Shown: positions 9,235 to 16,608 of the stretch, in pieces
How positions within the stretch are numbered: position 1 is the first letter of the stretch
How the letters are laid out: each line of letters opens with the position of its first letter
DNA from: Candidatus Methylomirabilota bacterium
Lineage (GTDB): Bacteria; Methylomirabilota; Methylomirabilia; Rokubacteriales; CSP1-6
Direction of reading: 5' to 3'
NCBI GenBank assembly: GCA_046726415.1
Contig: JBKPAK010000130.1
Coordinates: 1-18,162 of the forward strand
DNA length: 18,162 bases
The notes under the pieces: generated by a model
Databases searched by the model: none
Told to the model about the DNA's origin: nothing
The model's input: only the letters and a program-made list of their open reading frames with translations
Made by a program: the position numbers and the translations under genes

Positions 9235-9263
9235 ACTATAGTCAAGCCTCGAAACCGCCACAA
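9235..9263 (-). promoter_or_regulatory. sigma70-like promoter candidate for the leftward ABC/Gfo operon
   Basis: Minus strand TTGTGG-N17-TATAGT. The -10 lies inside the perfect palindrome GACTATAGTC (9234-9243). Confidence 0.35.
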
Positions 9264-9319
9264 CCGAAAACACCGCCTCGAGGGGCCCCTGTTCCAGACG
9301 CTCTCCCAGCGGCGCCTGG

Positions 9320-9348
9320 TTGCGCCCTGCCAGGCGCGCCGCTATCCT
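9320..9348 (+). promoter_or_regulatory. sigma70-like promoter candidate for the aminotransferase-hydantoinase operon
   Basis: TTGCGC (9320-9325)-N17-TATCCT (9343-9348), about 60 bp upstream of ATG 9410. Confidence 0.45.
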
Positions 9349-9409
9349 CGGGCGAGCACAGATGGCGGCCAGCAGCGATGCTCGCACGACCACCGCAGCG
9401 AGGGAGACC

Positions 9410-10756
9410 ATGAGCCAGACAGCGAGAGCGCGATCGGCGGCCGAGGATCAGGTACTGGCGATGGCCGCGCGCCGCCTTCCGGGCGGTGTGCTCGGCTCCA
9501 CGCGGTACGCCGACGAGGCCGCCTTTATCGTCAAGCGCGGCCAGGGATCAAAGCTCTACGACGTGAGCGGCCGCGAGTACATCGACTATCTCCTGGGCTC
9601 CGGCCCGCTCATCCTCGGCCACGCCCATCCGGCGGTCGTGGCCGCCGTGCGCGAACAGCTCGAGCATGGCACCACGTATTTCCTCGTGAACGAGCGCATC
9701 GTGGCCCTGGCCGACGAGATCTGCCAGGCTGTTCCCTGTGCCGAGCAGGTGCGCTTCACGGTCTCCGGCAGCGAGGCGACGTTCTTCGCGCTACGGGCCG
9801 CGCGCGCCTTCCGCCAGCGCGAGAAAGTGCTGAAGTTCGAGGGCGGGTATCACGGCAGCCACGACTATGCCCTGATGAGCTCCTCACCGCGCACACCCAA
9901 GGCCTTTCCCGCCGCCACCGCGGACTCCGCGGGCATCCCGCACGTGATCGAAGGGGAGGTGCTCATCGCGCCGTACAACGACCTGGCCACGGTCGAGGCC
10001 CTCCTCGCGGTCCACGCGGACGCCCTGGCCGCGGTGATCGTCGAACCGTTCCAGCGCTTGATCCCGCCCGCGCCGGGATTCCTGCAGGGACTGCGGGAGC
10101 TGACCGGCCGCCACGCGATCCCCCTGATCTTCGACGAGGTGGTGACCGGCTTTCGCTTCGCCTACGGCGGCGCCCAGGAGTACTACGGCGTTGTGCCCGA
10201 CCTCGCCGCCCTCGGCAAGATCGTGGGCGGAGGTTTCCCGCTGGCCGCGGTCTGTGGACGGCAGGACATCATGCGCGCCTTCGACCCACGCCTGGACAGT
10301 ACGCCCGACTTCGTAGCCCAGGTGGGCACACTGAACGGCAATCCCGTCGCCGCGGTGGCCGGGCTCGCCACGCTGGCCGAGCTCCGAAAGCCGGGGACGT
10401 ATGCGCGCCTGCGCGAGATCGGACGCACCTTGCGCGATGGTCTCGCCGCGCTGGTGCGCGATTCCGGGGTTCCGGCGCAGGTGGTGGGCGAGACTGCCGT
10501 GTTCGACGTGGTCTTCACCAACCAGCCGGTGACCGACTACCGCTCGATGCTCAGCGCCGATGGCACTCTCATGCGGACCTTTAACGACGGGTGCCTGCAG
10601 CGGGGCATCGTGAAGGGCGGGCAGAAGATCTACGTGTCACTCGCCCACACCGACGCCGACATCGCTCGCACCCTGGAGATCTTCGCCGATGTCCTCGCCA
10701 CCTTGCCGCGGCCGAAGGGGCAAGGCGAGCTCGGGCGAGGAGCCTCCAGGACGTGA
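9410..10756 (+). CDS. Class-III PLP-dependent aminotransferase (glutamate-1-semialdehyde aminomutase-like paralogue)
   Basis: GPLILGHAHP, SGSEAT, KFEGGYHG, LIFDEVVTGFR, LGKIVGGGFP (PLP Lys) and GTLNGNP. ATG is preceded by AGGGAG. Confidence 0.92.
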   Translation: MSQTARARSAAEDQVLAMAARRLPGGVLGSTRYADEAAFIVKRGQGSKLYDVSGREYIDYLLGSGPLILGHAHPAVVAAVREQLEHGTTYFLVNERIVALADEICQAVPCAEQVRFTVSGSEATFFALRAARAFRQREKVLKFEGGYHGSHDYALMSSSPRTPKAFPAATADSAGIPHVIEGEVLIAPYNDLATVEALLAVHADALAAVIVEPFQRLIPPAPGFLQGLRELTGRHAIPLIFDEVVTGFRFAYGGAQEYYGVVPDLAALGKIVGGGFPLAAVCGRQDIMRAFDPRLDSTPDFVAQVGTLNGNPVAAVAGLATLAELRKPGTYARLREIGRTLRDGLAALVRDSGVPAQVVGETAVFDVVFTNQPVTDYRSMLSADGTLMRTFNDGCLQRGIVKGGQKIYVSLAHTDADIARTLEIFADVLATLPRPKGQGELGRGASRT

Positions 10757-12840
10757 GCTGGCGCGTCGGCGTCGACATCGGGGGCACCTTCACCGACGTC
10801 GTTCTCGCCGAGGGGAGCGGCCGTCGCATTGCCGTGGTGAAGGTCTCCAGCACGCCGCGTGACTTCGGGCGCGGCGTGCTGGAGGCGCTGGCCACCGCCC
10901 TCGAGAGCCACGACCTCGCGCCCCGGGACGTGGCGTTCCTGGCCCACGCGACCACGGTGGTGACCAACGCGCTGCTCGAAGGCAGGGGCGCGCGGACGGC
11001 CCTCATCACCACGCGAGGCTTCCGCGACGTGCTCGAGCTGCGCCGCTCGGCGCGGGCGTCACTGTACGACCTCTTTCAGGACGCGCCCGCCGTGCTCGTG
11101 CCGCGCCACCACCGTCTCGAGGTCAGCGAGCGCGTCGATGCACAGGGTTTGATGGTGGAGCCCTTGAGAGAGGACGACGTCGACGACGCCATCGACTTCA
11201 TCAAGCGCCACGACATCGAGGCCGTGGCCGTCTGCCTCCTCTTCTCGTTCCTCAATCCCACTCATGAGCGGGCGGTTGGCGCCCGGCTGCGCGCGGCCCT
11301 GCCCGACCGGCCGGTCTTTCTCTCGTCGGAGATCCTGCCAGAAATCCGGGAATTCGAGCGCACGAGCACCACGGCCGTGTGCGCCTACGTGGGACCGGTG
11401 CTCGCGTCGTACCTCGGTCGGCTCGAGGCGGCGGTCACCGGCATGGGGCTCCCGGCGCCCTACGTGATGGGGTCGAGCGGCGGCCTCTTCACGGTCAGCG
11501 AGGGGCTCAGCATGCCGGCCATGGCGGTGGAGTCGGGCCCGGCTGCGGGGGTCATCGCCGCCGCCTTGGCTGGCAAGCAGCTCGGCCTGCCCAACCTGAT
11601 CTCCTTCGACATGGGCGGAACGACGGCCAAGGTAAGCCTCATCGAAGGCGGTGAGGTCAAGACGACGTCCGAGTACGAAGTGGGCGGCGGGGTCAACGCG
11701 CGCCGCTGGCTGCATGGCACGGGTCATCCGATCCGCGTTCCTGTCATCGACCTCGCCGAGGTGAGCGCCGGCGGGGGCAGCATCGCGTGGATCGACCCAG
11801 CCGGCGCCTTGCGCGTCGGCCCGCGGAGCGCGGGAGCGGAGCCCGGGCCGGCCTGCTACGGTCGCGGTGGCGAAGAGCCCACCGTGACCGACGCCGACCT
11901 CGTCTTGGGCTACCTCAATCCGGCGGCCCTGCTCGGTGGTGGGCTCCCGGTGCATCTCGACCGCGCGCGCGCCGCCATCGAGGCGCGGATCGCCCGCCCC
12001 CTGGGCCTCGACGCGGTTCAGGCCGCCGCCGGCATCGTGGACGTCGTCAACGCCGGCATGGCCGCCGCGTTGCGGATCGTCTCGGTCGAGCGCGGCTACG
12101 ACCCGCGCGAGTTCACCTTGATGGCCTTCGGAGGCGGCGGGCCCGTCCATGCGGCGCGCCTCGCCCAGGAGCTGGAGATCAAGCAGGTGGTCGTGCCGCC
12201 GATTCCCGGGGGCTTCTCGGCCCTGGGCCTGGTGGCAAGCGACCTGCGGCGTGACTACGCCCGCACGTTCTACACGCTCCTCGAGGCCGCCAAACCCGAC
12301 GAGGTTGCCGCGGCCTACGGCGCTATGGAGGCGGAGGCCCGCGAGGCGCTCGCCCGAGCCGGGGTGCCCCCGGAACAGCGCGAGATCGCGCGAGCGGCCG
12401 ACCTGCGCTATCGCCGGCAGGCCTACGAGTTGACCGTCCCTGTCGGCGATGAACCCATCAGCGGCGCGACGCTCGGCCGGCTCGCTGCCCACTTCCACGA
12501 CAAGCACCGAATGACGTACGGCCACGCGAGCCCGGATGAGTCCGTGCAGCTCGTCAACCTCCGAGTCTCCGCGATCGGCCGTCTGGATGGCTTCGCGCTC
12601 GATCGGCGGACGACCGCGACGGTCGGTCTCGAGGCGGGACCGACATCGCGACCGGTGTACTTCAAGGAGAGCAACCTCATGCACTGCGATGTGCTGCCGC
12701 GCGAGGCCCTGGCCGTCGAGATCGAGCGGAAGGGGCCGTTGATCGTCGAGGCTCGTGACAGCACCATTGTCGTTCCCCCCGGCTGGCGCCTGCGTGCCGG
12801 CGCGGATGGCTTCATCATATTGGAGGCCGGTCATGCGTGA
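10753..12840 (+). CDS. Hydantoinase A / 5-oxoprolinase family, ATP-binding subunit
   Basis: VGVDIGGTFTD, HATTVVTNALLE, EFERTSTT, ESGPAAG, FDMGGTTAK, AGGGSIA, GPACYGRGG, PTVTDAD and AFGGGGP. The GTG start overlaps the upstream stop (GTGA). Confidence 0.93.
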   Translation: MSWRVGVDIGGTFTDVVLAEGSGRRIAVVKVSSTPRDFGRGVLEALATALESHDLAPRDVAFLAHATTVVTNALLEGRGARTALITTRGFRDVLELRRSARASLYDLFQDAPAVLVPRHHRLEVSERVDAQGLMVEPLREDDVDDAIDFIKRHDIEAVAVCLLFSFLNPTHERAVGARLRAALPDRPVFLSSEILPEIREFERTSTTAVCAYVGPVLASYLGRLEAAVTGMGLPAPYVMGSSGGLFTVSEGLSMPAMAVESGPAAGVIAAALAGKQLGLPNLISFDMGGTTAKVSLIEGGEVKTTSEYEVGGGVNARRWLHGTGHPIRVPVIDLAEVSAGGGSIAWIDPAGALRVGPRSAGAEPGPACYGRGGEEPTVTDADLVLGYLNPAALLGGGLPVHLDRARAAIEARIARPLGLDAVQAAAGIVDVVNAGMAAALRIVSVERGYDPREFTLMAFGGGGPVHAARLAQELEIKQVVVPPIPGGFSALGLVASDLRRDYARTFYTLLEAAKPDEVAAAYGAMEAEAREALARAGVPPEQREIARAADLRYRRQAYELTVPVGDEPISGATLGRLAAHFHDKHRMTYGHASPDESVQLVNLRVSAIGRLDGFALDRRTTATVGLEAGPTSRPVYFKESNLMHCDVLPREALAVEIERKGPLIVEARDSTIVVPPGWRLRAGADGFIILEAGHA

Positions 12841-14563
12841 GACCGATCCCGCCACGTTCGAAGTCGTCAAGAACGCGCTCTACGCCGCGGCCGAGGAGAT
12901 GAAGGTCGTGCTCGCCAAGACCGCCTACTCCCCAATCCTCAAAGTGGCGGGCGACTATTCCTGTGGACTCTTCGACGTGAACGGCGAGATGGTGGCGCAG
13001 GGGCCAGACCTGCCCATCCACCTCGGCTCCATGCCTCTCGCCGTCAAGGCCGTCATCCAGGCGTGGCGCCGATTCGAGCCCGGAGATGTCTTCATCCACA
13101 ACGATCCCTACTTTGGCGGCAGCCACCTGCCCGACGTCAACGTCGTGACCCCCGCCTTCCACGAAGGCGACGGCACGCTCCTGGGGTTCGCCTGCGTGCG
13201 GGCGCACTGGCCGGACATCGGCAGCGCCACTCCCGGCAGCTACGGCGCCACCACCGAGATCTACGGAGAGGGCCTGCGCTTGCCGCCGGTGCGCCTCTGC
13301 GCGGCGGGCGTTCCCAATCCCGACGTGGAGAGCATCATCTTTGCGAACGTCCGAACCCCGGACGAACGCCGCGGCGACCTTCGGGCCCAGATGGCGGCAA
13401 ATCAGCGCGGCGTGCTGCGTCTTTCGGAGCTCGCCCGCAAGCACGGGGCCCCGCGCCTGCTCGCCATCATGCAGGAGGTCATGGACTACTCCGAGCGCAT
13501 GATGCGCGGCATGCTCGCGCGCCTGCCGGACGGGACGGCGACCTTCGAGGATTTCTGCGATGGCGACGGCATCATCGAGGAAGGCGAGAAGGAGGACCGC
13601 ACCTTCCGCATCCGCATGCAGGCGACCAAGCAGGGGGATCGGCTCACCGTTGACTTCGCGGGCACGGACCGCCAAGTTCCGGGGCCCATGAACGCGCCGT
13701 TGGCCGTCACGGCTTCGGGCATCTACGCCGCCATCAAGATGATCGCCGATCCCGCCGACCTCGCGCCACCGAACTCCGGCTGCTGGCGTCCCATCGATCT
13801 CAAGGCCGAGCCGGGCACAGTCGTCAACGCGCTCGCTCCCGCGCCCGTGGTCTTCGCGAATCACGAGATCTCCCATCGCGTGTGCGACATGCTCTTCGGG
13901 GCGCTGGCCGCCCTCGCCCCCCAGCGCGTCATGGCCTGCTCGCAGGGCACGTCGGCCATCCTGACCCTGGGCGGCGTGGACTACCGCAATGGAGATCGCT
14001 ACGTCAGCTACGAGACGATCAAGGGCGGCTTCGGCGCCCGCCCCACCAAGGACGGGATCACGGGAGTGGCCAGCGGCATCTCGAACACCATGAACACGCC
14101 CATCGAGATCCTCGAGATGAGCTTCCCGGTGCGAATCGAGCGCTACGAGATCGTGCCCGACACCGGCGGCGCCGGCCGACACCGGGGCGGCTGTGGCGTC
14201 CAGCGCGTGTGGCGCATCATCGGCGGCCCCAGCCAGGCGGCGGTCTGCTGCGAGCGCACGAAGTCGCCGCCCTTCGGGCTGGCGGGCGGTCTCCACGGAG
14301 CGCCGGCTCGAGTCGCCGTGGTGGGGCCTGACCGGGTCGAGCGCGAGCTGAACAGCAAGGCCACCGTCACCGTTCCGCCTGAGACCGAAGTGTGGCTACG
14401 GGCCCCCGGCGCGGGCGGCTACGGCCCTCCCGGCGAGCGCGACCCCGAGCGGCTGCGGGACGACGTCATCAACGGCTATGTCTCGCGCGACGCCGCAACG
14501 GGAGACTATGGCTACCGCGATCGCTCCCTGCTGACGTGCCCCGCCTGCGCGAAAGGGCGTTGA
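12833..14563 (+). CDS. Hydantoinase B / 5-oxoprolinase family, catalytic subunit
   Basis: KTAYSPIL, DYSCGLFD, PIHLGSM, HNDPYFGGSHLPD, AHWPDIG, NVRTP, NTPIEILE, GGAGRHRGG and GGYG. ATG is preceded by GGAGG and overlaps subunit A by 8 nt. Confidence 0.93.
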   Translation: MRETDPATFEVVKNALYAAAEEMKVVLAKTAYSPILKVAGDYSCGLFDVNGEMVAQGPDLPIHLGSMPLAVKAVIQAWRRFEPGDVFIHNDPYFGGSHLPDVNVVTPAFHEGDGTLLGFACVRAHWPDIGSATPGSYGATTEIYGEGLRLPPVRLCAAGVPNPDVESIIFANVRTPDERRGDLRAQMAANQRGVLRLSELARKHGAPRLLAIMQEVMDYSERMMRGMLARLPDGTATFEDFCDGDGIIEEGEKEDRTFRIRMQATKQGDRLTVDFAGTDRQVPGPMNAPLAVTASGIYAAIKMIADPADLAPPNSGCWRPIDLKAEPGTVVNALAPAPVVFANHEISHRVCDMLFGALAALAPQRVMACSQGTSAILTLGGVDYRNGDRYVSYETIKGGFGARPTKDGITGVASGISNTMNTPIEILEMSFPVRIERYEIVPDTGGAGRHRGGCGVQRVWRIIGGPSQAAVCCERTKSPPFGLAGGLHGAPARVAVVGPDRVERELNSKATVTVPPETEVWLRAPGAGGYGPPGERDPERLRDDVINGYVSRDAATGDYGYRDRSLLTCPACAKGR

Positions 14564-14576
14564 GCGACGAGAACCA

Positions 14577-14620
14577 CGACGGCGCGCCCAACGGCGTTGG
14601 CGTGAGCCGTCGCGTTTCCT
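14577..14620 (+). terminator. Possible intrinsic terminator after hydantoinase B
   Basis: CGACGGC (14577-14583) pairs with GCCGTCG (14606-14612) around an inner CCAAC/GTTGG stem. It is followed only by a weak TTTCCT tail. Confidence 0.3.
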
Positions 14621-14625
14621 GAGCG

Positions 14626-14679
14626 CAGTCCGGCGGCCGGCATGTGCTGACCACCGACAGTGCGGCGGGCCGGCATGTG
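14626..14679 (+). repeat. Imperfect 21/22-bp direct repeat upstream of the AOR promoter
   Basis: CAGTCCGGCGG-CCGGCATGTG (14626-14646) and CAGTGCGGCGGGCCGGCATGTG (14658-14679). The exact 12-mer GGCCGGCATGTG recurs 33 bp apart. Confidence 0.7.
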
Positions 14680-14707
14680 GACAATGCGCCGAGGGGCGGC
14701 GTATAGT
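14678..14707 (+). promoter_or_regulatory. sigma70-like promoter for the AOR gene
   Basis: TGGACA (14678-14683)-N18-TATAGT (14702-14707). Confidence 0.5.
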
Positions 14708-14793
14708 CGGCCTTGCGACAGCCGTGCGGCGGGTCCGCCGCGCGAATCGAACGCGATCTTCGCCCGGACGGGGCGTCAAGGCAGGAGTCGTTC

Positions 14794-16512
14794 ATGCGCA
14801 GATACCTCGACATCGATCTCGACCGCCGCACGATCAACTCGCGCGAGCTCCACGGGGAGGACATCGTCAAGGCCGGGCGCTACCTGATCGCCAAAACGCT
14901 GCTGGAATTGGGGGCGGCCACCGTCGACCCGCTGTCGCCCCAAAATCCTCTCATCTTCTCGGCCGGCCCCTTCGCGGGATCCAGCTTCTCGAACGCCAAC
15001 CGGACGAGTGTCGGCTGCAAGAGCCCACTCACCGGCGGCATCAAGGAGGCCAATGGCGGCGGCTCCTTCAGCTACGGGCTGGGCCAGCTCAGGATCGCCG
15101 GCTTTACCCTGCATGGAGCCTCGCCAGACTGGGTGGTCCTTCACTTCACAAAGGACGGCGACATCGACTTCGACGACGCCGCCCCGTACCTGGGCAAAGG
15201 CAACTTCGAGGCCCAGGACATGCTGCACAAGCGGTACGGGAAGAAGGTCACCATCGCCCTCTGCGGACCCGTGGGTGAGTACCAGGGGCTCCTCGCCGGG
15301 ATCTCTTTCAGTGACAAAGACGGGCGACCGTCGCGTCTCTCGGCGCGCGGCGGGGTGGGCGCGGTGATGGGATCCAAGAAGGTGAAGGCGATCGTCGTCG
15401 ACCTCGATCGCATCCCTCCGTTCCACGAGGCCAAGAAGGTCAACGCGTCCATCAAGGACTACGCCAAGATGCTGCAGGCCGACTCCATGGTGGCGAACTT
15501 CTACGCCAAGATCGGCACGATGGGCATGGCCGATCTGCAGAATTACATGGGCGGCCTCCCCGTGCGGAACTTCAGCGCCGGCCAGCTGGTCGACACCTCC
15601 ACCGGTGAGAAGTTCAAGATGGGCGGCGAGTACATCAGTCAGCTCAACGTCTCGCGCGGCGGCGATCACACCCACGCGTGCATGCCTGGCTGCGTAATCC
15701 AGTGCAGCAACGTCTACCACGACGCCAGCGGCAAGGAAGTGGTCTCGCCGGTGGAGTACGAGACGCTGGGACTGCTGGGGACGAACTGCGGCCTCAGCGA
15801 CCCCGATGACCTCGCCCAGATGAACTACATCGCCAACGACCTGGGCGTCGACACGATCGAGCTCGGGGCCACCTTGGCCGTGCTCATGGACGCCGGCCTC
15901 GGCGTCTTCGGCGACGTCAAGTTCATGACCGACTGCCTGGCCGAGATCCGTCGGGGCACCGAGCACGGACGCCTCTGGGCCCAGGGCACCGCACGCGTCG
16001 GCGAGCACTACAAGGTCGCGCGGGTGCCGGTCATCAAAAAGCAAGCTATCAGCGCTTACGACCCGCGGGTGATCGAGGCGACCGGCGTGACCATGATGGC
16101 GACCGCGCAGGGCGCCGACCACACCGCTGGCAACTTGCCCCGCCTCAAGACCCGCGAGATGGACGCGGAGTCGATCATCAGCCAGAGCCTCGCCCATCAG
16201 GCGCGGGTGGCCGCCAATGACTCCTTAGGACTCTGCATCTTCGGCATGAGCGTGACGAACCCCAACACGGAATTTCTGGCCAACGCCATCAACGCGGCGC
16301 ACGGAACGAACCTCACCAAGGACTTCTTCGAGCCCCTCGGGCAGGAGGCGCTTCGCCTGGAGTACGAGTTCAACCGCCGAGCGGGCTTCACCGAGAAGGA
16401 CGACGAACTACCCGAGTTCTTCTACCGCGAGCCGCTGCCTCCGACCAACCTCGTGGCGCGCTTCCACGCCGCCGACGTGCACGGCATGTACGAGCGCCTG
16501 CCGGCGGGATAG
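14794..16512 (+). CDS. Aldehyde:ferredoxin oxidoreductase family (W/Mo-bis-pterin, 4Fe-4S)
   Basis: KSPLTGGIKEANGGG, ARGGVGAVMGSKKVKAI, Fe-S cysteines CMPGCVIQC plus DSLGLC, EYET, DLGVDTI, YDPR and GADHT. ATG 14794 is preceded by AGGAG. Confidence 0.93.
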   Translation: MRRYLDIDLDRRTINSRELHGEDIVKAGRYLIAKTLLELGAATVDPLSPQNPLIFSAGPFAGSSFSNANRTSVGCKSPLTGGIKEANGGGSFSYGLGQLRIAGFTLHGASPDWVVLHFTKDGDIDFDDAAPYLGKGNFEAQDMLHKRYGKKVTIALCGPVGEYQGLLAGISFSDKDGRPSRLSARGGVGAVMGSKKVKAIVVDLDRIPPFHEAKKVNASIKDYAKMLQADSMVANFYAKIGTMGMADLQNYMGGLPVRNFSAGQLVDTSTGEKFKMGGEYISQLNVSRGGDHTHACMPGCVIQCSNVYHDASGKEVVSPVEYETLGLLGTNCGLSDPDDLAQMNYIANDLGVDTIELGATLAVLMDAGLGVFGDVKFMTDCLAEIRRGTEHGRLWAQGTARVGEHYKVARVPVIKKQAISAYDPRVIEATGVTMMATAQGADHTAGNLPRLKTREMDAESIISQSLAHQARVAANDSLGLCIFGMSVTNPNTEFLANAINAAHGTNLTKDFFEPLGQEALRLEYEFNRRAGFTEKDDELPEFFYREPLPPTNLVARFHAADVHGMYERLPAG

Positions 16513-16608
16513 CGTTCCCGCGACGGGTCGACGCGCCCCACGGCTCAGGAGGGATATCCGAGCGTTCGGGGATCGGGGTGGCGGTGGCCATGTCGAGGCC
16601 CCCAGCGG

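Noticed and set aside
9410-10756. Calling the aminotransferase hemL
   Set aside because: It differs from HemL signatures (SWGPLI, MSAIRLARG, GCYHGH) and is coupled to hydantoinase genes rather than tetrapyrrole genes.
11059-16197. Long minus-strand ORFs of 603, 493 and 473 aa
   Set aside because: Antisense shadows of hydantoinase A, hydantoinase B and AOR, with no family motifs.
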